Shown here in pieces: positions 49,254 through 59,018 of a DNA stretch of 64,000 nucleotides; the first letter of the stretch is position 1; each line of letters starts with the position of its first letter. The stretch spans positions 11,883-75,882 of the forward strand of contig JACPLU010000003.1 of assembly GCA_016186395.1 (NCBI GenBank). Reading direction: 5' to 3'. This stretch comes from Parcubacteria group bacterium (GTDB lineage: Bacteria; Patescibacteriota; Minisyncoccia; 2-02-FULL-40-12). Both the position numbers and the translations under genes were made by a program. Under the pieces are notes generated by a model. It saw only the letters and a program-made list of their open reading frames with translations. It had not been told where the DNA came from and did no database searches.

Positions 49254-49955
49254 ATGCTAAAGAATGTAAGTACTTTTTTAGATTCTGATTCTAGGGCAAA
49301 AGTTGTGACTGACGAAACAGTGGATACTGACTTTGATCAGTATATCGACGAGTTAGCAACTAAAAATCAAGCCAGATTAACTAAACCAGAGTTGTTAGAA
49401 CAAAAATTAGCATTATTATGTTATTCGTCGTTATCTGAAAAAACAAAAAAGAGAATTGAAGAAATTAGATTTAGAGCTAAGAATATTTTTTTCCATTTTT
49501 GTAAAAAGCAAGAAAAACTGGATATAGAATATGTATTGAAATTAAGTGATCAAGAAAAAAATATGCTTGCTAATAACTTTTTTGTTAAGGCAGGATTAGT
49601 ATCTAAACAGCTAGCCAATATTCTGGTGGGTTCGTTAGTAGTTTTGTTACTCGTCTCTCCTTTTATTGGTCAGTGGTTTTTGTACATATGGTATCAAAAT
49701 CAATTAAACCATCTTACTTTTGGGAGTATCGATTACTTGTCCAGAAAGCCTGATTTCGTAATCTTTTTTGCACGAAGCTCATTTTTTTTATTTTTAGGCA
49801 TGGGGCTTTCTGTGTGGATCATCTTTATTCAAGTATTCGTCCGGTGCCGTATCTTTAGTCTCCTTTGGTATCGTAAATATATGAAAAAACTGCATAGTTA
49901 TGGGATTGAACTTTTTGGAGAAACAGGAGAAATTAAGTCAACCGGAATTCAGTGA
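49254..49955 (+). CDS. Hypothetical membrane protein
   Basis: 233 aa, two TM segments, GGAGG SD. Confidence 0.7.
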   Translation: MLKNVSTFLDSDSRAKVVTDETVDTDFDQYIDELATKNQARLTKPELLEQKLALLCYSSLSEKTKKRIEEIRFRAKNIFFHFCKKQEKLDIEYVLKLSDQEKNMLANNFFVKAGLVSKQLANILVGSLVVLLLVSPFIGQWFLYIWYQNQLNHLTFGSIDYLSRKPDFVIFFARSSFFLFLGMGLSVWIIFIQVFVRCRIFSLLWYRKYMKKLHSYGIELFGETGEIKSTGIQ

Positions 49956-50014
49956 TTCTTTTTTGAATCACCAGAGGTCTTGAAGGCCTCTTTTTAAATT
50001 GCTAAAGTAAAAAT

Positions 50015-50497
50015 ATGTCTCTTAATCCTGTAAAACTTATTAAGAAGGAGCCGGTAAAGAAATTTGAGATAATTGAAGAATCTCCTAATTTAAAGATTAA
50101 GGTTTTTGGCAGATCGCCAAGAGAAATTTTTCACAACGCTCTTTACACTATGGCTTACATCCAAAGTCCTTCTCTTATTGAACCATCTACAGTCGATAAA
50201 CTCATAAGCGCGTTTAGAGGCAAGAAATTAGCTGAAGAAATAGTCATTGACGGTATGGATTATCAGACTCTACTTATTGATTTTCTTGAGCAAGCCTTGG
50301 AGCTTTCCGACGAAAAAAACTTTTTATTTTTTGAGCCGAAATTTAATGAGTTCTCTGAACAAAAATTAGTAGGCAGACTAATTGGGGTAAAATTTGAGAA
50401 TCTTGAAAGGCCAATTAAAGATATCAATTATGAAAATATAGACGTAAAAGAAGTAGAGCCAGGGAAATGGGAAGCGATAATTGTTTTTGAACTTTAA
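50015..50497 (+). CDS. Archease family protein
   Basis: LKIKVFG.S..EIF.NA, LLIDFL, IK.I.Y, W.A.IVF. Confidence 0.75.
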   Translation: MSLNPVKLIKKEPVKKFEIIEESPNLKIKVFGRSPREIFHNALYTMAYIQSPSLIEPSTVDKLISAFRGKKLAEEIVIDGMDYQTLLIDFLEQALELSDEKNFLFFEPKFNEFSEQKLVGRLIGVKFENLERPIKDINYENIDVKEVEPGKWEAIIVFEL

Positions 50498-50499
50498 TT

Positions 50500-50922
50500 A
50501 TGGTCGAAATTCATCGGGGTCATCAGCATTATTTGTGGTTTTTAATTGCAATTCTTCTTCTGGTTTTTGCAGGAGCAATCTTTTTGTTCCAAAACGGAGA
50601 ATCTATTGGAGTAAGTGACCCATTTCCGACGTCAACTATTAAATTAGGAAGAACGTATACTGTATATTATAATAATGGAGTCTTTAGCCCGACTATTTTA
50701 CAAGTTAAGGTAAATGACACTATCCGATTTAAAAACGAGAGCGATAAATTAATTTATATAATTTCGGATTCTCATCCGGATCATAATCTTTTCGCAGAGT
50801 TAGACAGTAAAGGATCAATTAAAAAAGGTGATAGTTGGGTGTTTGTTTTCAATAAAAAGGGTATCTGGGGTTATCATAATGAAAAAAGTCCTGAAGAGGG
50901 TGGAACAATAATAGTAAAATAA
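50500..50922 (+). CDS. Cupredoxin-fold exported protein
   Basis: FSP..L.VK..DT..F.N, SD.HP.H, F.K.G.WGYHN...P...GTIIV. Confidence 0.85.
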   Translation: MVEIHRGHQHYLWFLIAILLLVFAGAIFLFQNGESIGVSDPFPTSTIKLGRTYTVYYNNGVFSPTILQVKVNDTIRFKNESDKLIYIISDSHPDHNLFAELDSKGSIKKGDSWVFVFNKKGIWGYHNEKSPEEGGTIIVK

Positions 50923-51128
50923 GTTTTTGTCTACTATTCGTCCAGGGCGGAGAGTAGATCACAAAATCTTACCTAGCTCTTTCACGCGTGAGCTTCTCAT
51001 TGTAAATGGGAGCTAAAAACGAAGTGGCCACTAGCATTAGAGGTACTTCAATCTAAGTGAAGTTCACGGGAGAAAGAGCTGGGTGCTGAATTCTGTAGCT
51101 ACGCGCTACGCTTGTAGACATAATTCGC

Positions 51129-51287
51129 ATGCGTAATCCGCTAACGATAAAAATTGAGTCTTGGTTTGGGGTTTTTTTATTAATTTCCGCGATGATTTTT
51201 GTTTTGATTACTACATTTTCAGCAGTGGCTAATTTTGAAGATGAAATAAGTGGTTTATCTGCTCAGCAGTTAGAAAGGAGTCAATAA
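51129..51287 (+). CDS. 52-aa single-TM hypothetical protein
   Basis: MRNPLTIKIESWFGVFLLISAMIFVLITTFSAVANFEDE..., ends 18 nt before the next gene. Confidence 0.45.
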   Translation: MRNPLTIKIESWFGVFLLISAMIFVLITTFSAVANFEDEISGLSAQQLERSQ

Positions 51288-51305
51288 TCTCTTTATCTAT
51301 AAACT

Positions 51306-52127
51306 ATGCATTGGAAAAACTTTTTTAAAGAGTTAATTCTTTTTTTGGCAGTTCAACTGCTTGGGATTTGGGTGTCGTATAGTTTCGTATCTTATCTTCC
51401 TTCTGAAAATCTTTCTAAGGTTGAATTTAATTTTGGTTTTGGTGACCTAATTGTATTTGTTATTATTATCGGAGCTTTTGTTTTGATAGGTCGCCATTCT
51501 CCTTTAAGAAGAGCTATTTTATATAAAACCTTTTTTGCGATTATTTTATTTGTAGGTGTTCAGACGGTTTTAGCTCTGTGGTTGAATGTTTCTTTATCAA
51601 CTATCCTGTCAATTTTATTAATCTACGCACTTTTTAAAACCAAGAAAGTCTGGATACATAATCTGGCTGTTGTTTTAGCGCTTGCCGGAATCGGTGGAAC
51701 ATTTGGAGCATCTTTAACGCCTCTAAATGCCGTGTTTATTTTAGTAATTTTATCCTTTTATGACATAGTCGCAGTTTATAAAACTAAGCACATGGTACAG
51801 ATGGCTGAAGATATGATTAGGTCCAGAGCTATTTTTGGCGTTGTTTTGCCATCTGGGCGTGGGTGGTTTGAATCCTTGGAAAATGTTAAACCTGGTGGTC
51901 AATTCATGATTTTGGGTTCTGGAGACATTGCTCTGCCTTTAATTTTAATAGCTTCAATCGTAAGAACTAATATTTTTCATTCATTTTTAGTTCTAGCTTT
52001 TTCAATGGCCGGGCTTTTAATTACACACATACTTTTTGTTAGACAAAAAGAAAGAAAACCTATGGCTGCATTACCTCCAATCGCAACCATGTCGATTGTC
52101 GGCTATCTTGTTTCAACTTTAATTTAG
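51306..52127 (+). CDS. Presenilin/SPP-like GxGD intramembrane aspartyl protease
   Basis: SFYDIVAVYKTKHM, LGSGD, MAALP motifs in a polytopic protein. Confidence 0.88.
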   Translation: MHWKNFFKELILFLAVQLLGIWVSYSFVSYLPSENLSKVEFNFGFGDLIVFVIIIGAFVLIGRHSPLRRAILYKTFFAIILFVGVQTVLALWLNVSLSTILSILLIYALFKTKKVWIHNLAVVLALAGIGGTFGASLTPLNAVFILVILSFYDIVAVYKTKHMVQMAEDMIRSRAIFGVVLPSGRGWFESLENVKPGGQFMILGSGDIALPLILIASIVRTNIFHSFLVLAFSMAGLLITHILFVRQKERKPMAALPPIATMSIVGYLVSTLI

Positions 52128-52215
52128 AAATAATATTTAACGTCTAATGTCTTAAGACTAAGGTCTATAATCATAAAGAAGCTTTAGACATTAGCCTTTG
52201 GTCTTTAGTCAAAGA

Positions 52216-53574
52216 ATGCGAATTACCTTTTACGGTGGAGCAAAGCTTGTTACAGGAGCAAATTATTTGTTGGAAGACAAAGATTTTCTTGCTCTTGTTG
52301 ACTGTGGTTTATTCCAAGGTTCTCGTTTTTGTGAGGACTTAAATTACGAACCATTTCCTTATGAGCCCAAAAATATTAAATATGTTTTTATAACTCATAG
52401 TCATATTGATCATACCGGAAGGTTGCCAAAACTTTATAAAGAAGGTTTTAGGGGTAAAGTTTTTTCTACTAGACCCATCCGGGATATTTTAGAACACGCT
52501 TTGCCTGACAGCCTTAATCATCTTAAAAGAGAAGCAGAGGAACAAAATCGGGAACCTATTTATAGTTTTGAAGATGTTGGTTCTGTTATAAAATTGTTTG
52601 AAACTTTTGATTATGATCAAAAAACTGATTTGGGCAATGGAAAATATTTTATACTGCATGACGCCGGACATATATTGGGTTCTAGTATTATTGAATTTGG
52701 CTGGTCTGGCGGACGGATTTTATTTTCTGGTGATTTAGGTAATCCACCGACACCATTACTTAGGCCGACTGAATACATTGAGGGGGTGGATTACGTTGTA
52801 GTTGAATCTGCCTATGGCAATAGAATTCATGAAAATAGAGACGAGAGAAAGGAGATACTAAAAACAACTATCGAAGAAACTATAAAAAGAGGTGGTGTAT
52901 TAATGATTCCTTCTTTTGCAATGGAACGTACTCAAGAGCTTTTGTTTGAACTAAATGAGATGGTGGAGAATAAAAGAATTCCTTTTATCCCAATTTTTAT
53001 AGACAGTCCATTAGCTATCAAATTAACTGAAGTTTATAAAAAACACGAAGCATATTTTAACAAAGAAGCATCCTATTTGATAGATAGTGGTGATGATATA
53101 TTCAAATTTCCGGGACTCTATTTTACATCTTCGGTTGAAGAATCAAAGTCAATAAATGAGGTAAATTCTCCAAAGATTATTATTGCCGGTTCTGGTATGA
53201 GTCAGGGTGGAAGAATTTTACATCATGAAAGGCGATATTTGTCGGATCCTAACAGTACAATTTTATTTGTTGGCTATCAGGCTAAAGGAAGCTTGGGAAG
53301 AAAAATCTTGGATGGGGAAAAAGAAGTTAAAATATTTGGAGAGAGCATACTAATTAAGTGTAAAATAAAGGCTATTGGCGGCTATTCTGCTCATGCCGAT
53401 CAACCGGGTCTTGTACGTTGGGTTAAAAAGGCTTCTATTGGTGAAAAGCTAAAAAAAGTTTTTATTGTACAAGGAGAAGAAATAGCTATGGAAGCGTTGA
53501 GCGAAAAATTGAAGGATGAAATTAGCGGTCTAGAAACTGTTATACCTAGCATTGGGGACGATTTTGATTTATAG
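52216..53574 (+). CDS. MBL-fold beta-CASP ribonuclease
   Basis: VDCGLFQG, THSHIDHTG, AGHILGS, FSGDLG, SGM..GGRI.HH, YSAHAD. Confidence 0.93.
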   Translation: MRITFYGGAKLVTGANYLLEDKDFLALVDCGLFQGSRFCEDLNYEPFPYEPKNIKYVFITHSHIDHTGRLPKLYKEGFRGKVFSTRPIRDILEHALPDSLNHLKREAEEQNREPIYSFEDVGSVIKLFETFDYDQKTDLGNGKYFILHDAGHILGSSIIEFGWSGGRILFSGDLGNPPTPLLRPTEYIEGVDYVVVESAYGNRIHENRDERKEILKTTIEETIKRGGVLMIPSFAMERTQELLFELNEMVENKRIPFIPIFIDSPLAIKLTEVYKKHEAYFNKEASYLIDSGDDIFKFPGLYFTSSVEESKSINEVNSPKIIIAGSGMSQGGRILHHERRYLSDPNSTILFVGYQAKGSLGRKILDGEKEVKIFGESILIKCKIKAIGGYSAHADQPGLVRWVKKASIGEKLKKVFIVQGEEIAMEALSEKLKDEISGLETVIPSIGDDFDL

Positions 53575-53603
53575 TATATAGAAATGGGCATGAACTTCGT
53601 TAA

Positions 53604-53837
53604 AAGACTCGGGTCTAGCGTCTAAGGACTAAAGTCTAAAGACTAACGGCTAACGCCAATACCTTTCAGCTTTAGTCCTTAGACATTAAGCTACACATGA
53701 CCCCGTAGTGAAAATTCGAATGGATTTATCCATGCTATATTTACTAGGGGTTAGAGAGAATTTTAATATAGACTTTCGAATAATTCTTTAAAGAGACGCG
53801 AAAATCATAAAGCATTATTCGAATTTCTACTACGGGG
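53604..53837. repeat. Heptamer hairpin followed by an inverted-repeat-bounded element
   Basis: GTCTAAGGACTAAAG/CTTTAGTCCTTAGAC-ATTAAGCTACACATGA, then CCCCGTAGTGAAAATTCGAAT...ATTCGAATTTCTACTACGGGG; parallels 62662-62790. Confidence 0.75.
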
Positions 53838-54541
53838 TGAAAAAACTTCAAAACGTAAACCTGCCAGCAGCAAAACTTCCAGTTTATAAGGAGACAGAAG
53901 ATTTTAGGTCTTCAATGCACTGGAGGGTTTTTAGAATATTGGCAGAATTCATTGAAGGTTTCGGGTTTATTGCTGACTTTAAAAAGTCGGTCACAATTTT
54001 TGGATCAACTAGAACTTCGGAAGATAATCATTGGTACAAAGAAGCGGAGAAGTTGGGGAAGTCTTTGGCTGAAGAAGGTTTTGCTGTAGTAACCGGAGGA
54101 GGGCCGGGAATTATGGAAGCCGTTAATAAGGGAGCAGCTGAAGGAGATGGAAATTCAGTAGGACTAAATATTCAACTACCCCACGAACAACGTACAAATC
54201 CCTATGTAAATAAACCTAAGGGGTTCCACTATTTTTTTACCCGTAAATTAATGCTTACATATTCTGCTCAAGCTTATGTTTATTTTCCTGGTGGATTTGG
54301 CACTCTTGATGAGTTTTTTGAAATTACAACTCTGATTCAAGAGAAAAAGATTTTTAGTCATATCCCGGTGATTCTGGTGGGTAAAGAGTATTGGTCCCGG
54401 TTAACCGAGTGGATAGACCAGGAACTTTACCAAAAACACAGGACTATAGATAAAGAAGATATGGGAATTTATACTATAGTTGATACGGCTGAAGAAGCTC
54501 TGGCAATAATTAAACAGTCGAAACCCAGGGATGAATTTTAA
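53837..54541 (+). CDS. LOG family protein (TIGR00730-like)
   Basis: VTIFGS, TGGGPGIMEA.N.GA, YFFTRK, PGGFGTLDE. Confidence 0.93.
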   Translation: MKKLQNVNLPAAKLPVYKETEDFRSSMHWRVFRILAEFIEGFGFIADFKKSVTIFGSTRTSEDNHWYKEAEKLGKSLAEEGFAVVTGGGPGIMEAVNKGAAEGDGNSVGLNIQLPHEQRTNPYVNKPKGFHYFFTRKLMLTYSAQAYVYFPGGFGTLDEFFEITTLIQEKKIFSHIPVILVGKEYWSRLTEWIDQELYQKHRTIDKEDMGIYTIVDTAEEALAIIKQSKPRDEF

Positions 54542-54556
54542 TTTTTTAGAATTTTT

Positions 54557-54742
54557 GGTGAATAATACTCTTTTTCTTTCTTCGCCCCCACCTATACAGA
54601 TGGGGGCTCAGGGGTTGAGCCCTTGCGCCACCGCTAAAGCTAAGGCGGCACGCGGTCGCTCTTTCCCAGCTCTTTCTAAAGAAAGAGCTGGGAAAACCAT
54701 GCCCACTACGGGCTCAAAACCCGTTCAAGAGTATTATTCACC
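54557..54742. ncRNA. Multi-stem structured motif, copy 2 (with one extra hairpin)
   Basis: Same conserved core as 41368-41519. Confidence 0.6.
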
Positions 54743-54831
54743 CAGTTTATTTACAGAACCTCCTTTCCATCTTGACTCAGATATTTATCAATTATATAAT
54801 ATATACAAAATTTTGTAATTAAATTTTAAAT

Positions 54832-57246
54832 ATGTCTAATAAACCTCAAAATACTCAAAATCAAATTCCTTCGGAGTTGCCTATAATTGCTTTGAAAAAC
54901 GTAGTTTTGTTTCCGCGTATTATAATTCCACTTGTTGTTCAAAGACCAAAATCAACAGCGGCACTAATCGAAGCTCAAAGCAGAAATGACAATCTGGCAG
55001 TTTTCGTTACTCAAAAGGAAATCGGAAACGAAGATGAAGTAAGTGTTGATCAGTTATATAAAGTTGCAACAGTGGGCAAGATTCTTAGTGTTATAAATAT
55101 GCGGGATGGCTCTAAAAGAATAGACGTAGAGGGCGTAAGCAGAGTAAGGATTAAAGAGCTTTTTGAATCCGAACCATATTTAAAAGCTCAAATAGAACCT
55201 ATTTCGGTAAAGATTCCGGAGTTCACGGTTGAACTAGAGGGTTTAATGAGAAGTATAATTGACCTTTTTAAACATGTTATGGCAGAAATGGGCCGACTGT
55301 TACCGGCTGATTTATATATGTTATTGCGTCAAGTTAAGGATCCAGATCAACTAATTGATCTTATTATAGTTAATCTCGGAATTGATATTCCAGAACAGCA
55401 GGAGTTGCTTGAGACAACTGACATACAAGAGGTTTTAAAAAGGGTTCATAATATTTTGTTGAGAGAACGCGAAATTATAGATGCGGAAAAGAAAGTTGCT
55501 TCAGAAACAAGAAAGCGCCTTGGCAAGATGCAGAGGGAGGCATTTTTAAGAGAGCAGATGAAAACTATTGAACAGGAACTTGGTATTGAGGGGGAAAAAG
55601 GAGAAATGGAGCTTTACCGTAAAAAGATAGAACAGGCAAAGATGCCAGAGGAGATTAGGACTAAGGCTTTAAAAGAATTAAGTCGTTTAGAAAAGATGCC
55701 AAGTTTTGCGCCGGAGGTTTCCTATATTCGTACTTATCTGGATTGGTTAGTGGAGTTGCCTTGGTCAAAAAAAACAGAAAGTTCAATTGATATAAAGAAA
55801 GCCGAGAAAATTTTAGAAGAAGACCATTATGGTTTAGAAAAAGTGAAAGAAAGGATTTTAGAGTATCTTGCCGTGCAAAAACAAGTTGGTAAAATGAAAG
55901 GACCAATTTTATGTTTCGTTGGTCCTCCGGGAGTTGGTAAAACTTCTATTGGTAAATCTATTGCAAGGGCTTTGGGTAGGAAGTTCCACCGTATTTCATT
56001 GGGAGGGATAAGAGACGAGGCCGAAATTAGGGGGCATCGCAGAACCTATGTTGGAGCATTACCAGGGAGAATTATTCAAGGTATACATGTAGCCGGGACC
56101 AAGAATCCAGTTTTCATGTTAGATGAAATTGATAAAATAGGAGTTGACTTTAGAGGTGATCCGTCCGCCGCTTTGCTTGAGGCTTTAGATCCGGAACAAA
56201 ATTTTGCTTTTTCTGATCATTACCTTGAAGTTCCGTTTGATTTGTCAGACGTAATATTTATTACAACAGCTAATGTTTTAGATACGATTCCATATGCTTT
56301 GAGGGATAGGTTAGAAATTATAGAATTTCGTGGATACACCGAAGAAGAAAAAGTTCAGATTGTAAATAAGTTTTTAGTGCCGAAACTTAAACAAGAACAT
56401 GGAATCAAACAATCTTTATTGTTTGAAGACAAGGCTCTAAGAGATATTGTAAGGAAATATACAACAGAGGCAGGTGTACGTGATGTTGAGCGTCAGTTGG
56501 CAAAAATATTAAGAAAAATTGTAAGAGAATTAATTGAAAGTGGAAAAAGTAATAGAAAGATTAAAGTGGCACTTAAGGATTTAAAAAAATATTTAGGTCC
56601 GGAAAAGTATTTACAACAATTAAATGAGAAACAGGATCAAATAGGGGTTGCAACCGGTCTTGCTTGGACACCAGTAGGCGGACAATTAATGTCTATTGAA
56701 GCAATGAAAATGCCAGGTAGGGGAAGACTAACTTTGACCGGCCGTTTGGGTAAAACGATGCAAGAATCGGCAATGGCTGCTTTAAGTTACGCACGCGCTA
56801 AAGCAACAAGGTTTGGACTAAAAGAGGACTTTTATAAACAAGATATACATTTGCATGTACCTTCTGGTGGAATTCCTAAGGATGGTCCTTCGGCGGGTAT
56901 TGCTATGGCTACCGCCTTGATTTCTTTACTTTTGGGAGTCAAAATACATAAGGAGGTTGGAATGACTGGGGAGGTAACCTTAAGAGGTAAGGTTTTGGAG
57001 ATAGGTGGATTAAAAGAAAAGATTCTTGCTGCTCACCGAGCGGGATTGAAGAAGGTTATTATCCCGAGAGATAACGAACGAGATTTAGAAGAGCTACCAA
57101 AAGAAGTTAGAGATAATCTTGAATTTAAAATGGTAGAAAGTATGGACGAAGTTTTAGAAGTCGCATTAAAATGGCCAACTTCAAAGTCTTCAGTGATCAG
57201 TCCAAGTAGGTTGGCTGGTGTTGGGGGACAGGCGCCTACGGCGTAG
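54832..57246 (+). CDS. lon: ATP-dependent Lon protease
   Basis: GPPGVGKTS, GHRRTYVGALPG, LLEALDPEQN, PKDGPSAG, IGGLKEK. Confidence 0.98.
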   Translation: MSNKPQNTQNQIPSELPIIALKNVVLFPRIIIPLVVQRPKSTAALIEAQSRNDNLAVFVTQKEIGNEDEVSVDQLYKVATVGKILSVINMRDGSKRIDVEGVSRVRIKELFESEPYLKAQIEPISVKIPEFTVELEGLMRSIIDLFKHVMAEMGRLLPADLYMLLRQVKDPDQLIDLIIVNLGIDIPEQQELLETTDIQEVLKRVHNILLREREIIDAEKKVASETRKRLGKMQREAFLREQMKTIEQELGIEGEKGEMELYRKKIEQAKMPEEIRTKALKELSRLEKMPSFAPEVSYIRTYLDWLVELPWSKKTESSIDIKKAEKILEEDHYGLEKVKERILEYLAVQKQVGKMKGPILCFVGPPGVGKTSIGKSIARALGRKFHRISLGGIRDEAEIRGHRRTYVGALPGRIIQGIHVAGTKNPVFMLDEIDKIGVDFRGDPSAALLEALDPEQNFAFSDHYLEVPFDLSDVIFITTANVLDTIPYALRDRLEIIEFRGYTEEEKVQIVNKFLVPKLKQEHGIKQSLLFEDKALRDIVRKYTTEAGVRDVERQLAKILRKIVRELIESGKSNRKIKVALKDLKKYLGPEKYLQQLNEKQDQIGVATGLAWTPVGGQLMSIEAMKMPGRGRLTLTGRLGKTMQESAMAALSYARAKATRFGLKEDFYKQDIHLHVPSGGIPKDGPSAGIAMATALISLLLGVKIHKEVGMTGEVTLRGKVLEIGGLKEKILAAHRAGLKKVIIPRDNERDLEELPKEVRDNLEFKMVESMDEVLEVALKWPTSKSSVISPSRLAGVGGQAPTA

Positions 57247-57316
57247 GATATAAAAATAACTATAATTTTAAGGTCGTTTCTTTATTGAAAAGTTATTCGG
57301 GGTTCTAAGTTAAAAA

Positions 57317-57781
57317 ATGCCCGAGTTGTCTTTAATCTTTCGTTTGATTCTTGCTACGGGGCTTGGTGCTTTAGTTGGTTTTGAGCGCGAGCGTTCGCAT
57401 AAAGTAGCGGGACTTCGAACTCATGCTTTAGTTGCTTTAGGATCTGCTCTTTTTGCAATTATTTCAATTTCAGGAGGGCTTTTTCAGATAAGCTCGAATA
57501 TCGATCCGTTAAGAGTTGTGTCAAATATTGTGGTTGGTATTGGTTTTATTGGTGCAGGCTCAATTTTAAGAAGGGGAAATAGGGTTGAAGGAACGACTAC
57601 TGCTGCGAGTCTGTGGACAGTTGCTGCTATTGGAGCAGCTGCTGGCTTGGGTCTTTATTTTGCATCCGTGTTTACAGCTATTGTTGTTTATATTGTTTTG
57701 ACTTTTCTTTGGCGTCTTGAGAAAAGCATGGTAGATAAGGTAAGATACGAAGATGATGGCGATAACGAGGAGGATCAATAA
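57317..57781 (+). CDS. MgtC/SapB family protein
   Basis: GFERE....AGLRTH.LV, V.GIGFIGAG.I, G.TTAASLW. Confidence 0.93.
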   Translation: MPELSLIFRLILATGLGALVGFERERSHKVAGLRTHALVALGSALFAIISISGGLFQISSNIDPLRVVSNIVVGIGFIGAGSILRRGNRVEGTTTAASLWTVAAIGAAAGLGLYFASVFTAIVVYIVLTFLWRLEKSMVDKVRYEDDGDNEEDQ

Positions 57782-59006
57782 AAGGTTAATCTATGCCGTT
57801 AGTATTTTAGTGGGTACTATAATCGGGGTTGGGGTTTTTGGTATTCCGTTTGTTTTTGCTAAAGCCGGTTTTTTAACCGGATTATTTTTTTTAATTGGGG
57901 TATGGTTATTAGTTACAGTTCTCTATCTTGCTTATGGTGAAGTAGTTTTAAGAACTAGCACCCATCATCAGTTAGTAGGTTACGCTAACAAGTATATTGG
58001 AAATCGTGGGAAGAATTTTGCTCTTTTGGCAACTTTTTTTGGAATGTATGGTGCAATGCTGGCTTATTTAATCATAATAGGAAGTTTTTTGGTAAATGTT
58101 TTGGGCTCTTGGGTATTTTTTACTCCTTTTACGTTTTCCATTTTATTTTTTATCTTTTGCTCCATAGCAATTCTGTTGGGGTTAAGGGCAGTTGCTTGGT
58201 TTGAACTTTCTTTAACCGCGTTTTTTTTGGCTATTCTATGCTTGATATTTTATTTTGGTTTTCCAAAAGTTTCGTTTCAGAACTTTTTCCCACTTTTTCA
58301 AAAGGATTTTTGGTTCCTTCCTTATGGAGTAATTCTGTTTGCTTTTGGTGGTTTGTCAGCGATTCCTATTCAGCATGAAATTTTAGATCCTAAAATTAGG
58401 GAACGCATTCAAACGTTTAAAGATGGACAACGGATTAAGCAAACTATTTCAGATTCGGAAAAAAGTGATGGTTTAGTTGAAGAAGAAATTTCTCCGGTCA
58501 ATAAATTTAGATCTGCTGTTAGACTCGGCACATTTATACCATTCATTTTCTATTTGTTATTTGCTATTTTAATTGTTGGCGTGTCGGGTGATGCGACAAC
58601 TCCGGAAACCGTATCTGGTATTTTTGAAGTTTTAGGATCAAAAGCTGTTTTTTTGCTTTCGCTTTTCGGTATTTTGGCAATTACCACCACATTTCTTTTG
58701 ATAGGTGCTTCTATGTATGAAGTTTTTAAATTTGATTTTGGTTTAAATCGTTTTTATTCTTGGTCGCTAACCATATGGATTCCTTTTTTACTTTTTCTTC
58801 TCGGTTTAAATAACTTTATTAATGTTATTAGTGTTGTTGGTGCGGTGGGGGGTGGGATAGAAGGAATAATCGTTATGATGGTTTGGAAAAGAGTGAGGTC
58901 TAAAAGTGAACGTAAACCTGAATATTCAATAAATTTACCAAAGTGGGGTTATTATTTAATTATTACTCTTCTTTCTGTGGGTATTGGTTATGCACTCTTT
59001 AGTTAG
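57753..59006 (+). CDS. Aromatic amino acid/APC-type permease
   Basis: GTIIGVGVFGIP, PYGVILFAFGG, AITTTFL; about 11 TM helices. Confidence 0.85.
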   Translation: MMAITRRINKRLIYAVSILVGTIIGVGVFGIPFVFAKAGFLTGLFFLIGVWLLVTVLYLAYGEVVLRTSTHHQLVGYANKYIGNRGKNFALLATFFGMYGAMLAYLIIIGSFLVNVLGSWVFFTPFTFSILFFIFCSIAILLGLRAVAWFELSLTAFFLAILCLIFYFGFPKVSFQNFFPLFQKDFWFLPYGVILFAFGGLSAIPIQHEILDPKIRERIQTFKDGQRIKQTISDSEKSDGLVEEEISPVNKFRSAVRLGTFIPFIFYLLFAILIVGVSGDATTPETVSGIFEVLGSKAVFLLSLFGILAITTTFLLIGASMYEVFKFDFGLNRFYSWSLTIWIPFLLFLLGLNNFINVISVVGAVGGGIEGIIVMMVWKRVRSKSERKPEYSINLPKWGYYLIITLLSVGIGYALFS

Positions 59007-59018
59007 CGATTAATATTC

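Noticed and set aside
54531-54818. 95-aa ORF upstream of lon
   Set aside because: It runs through the structured repeat, whose other copy does not keep this frame.
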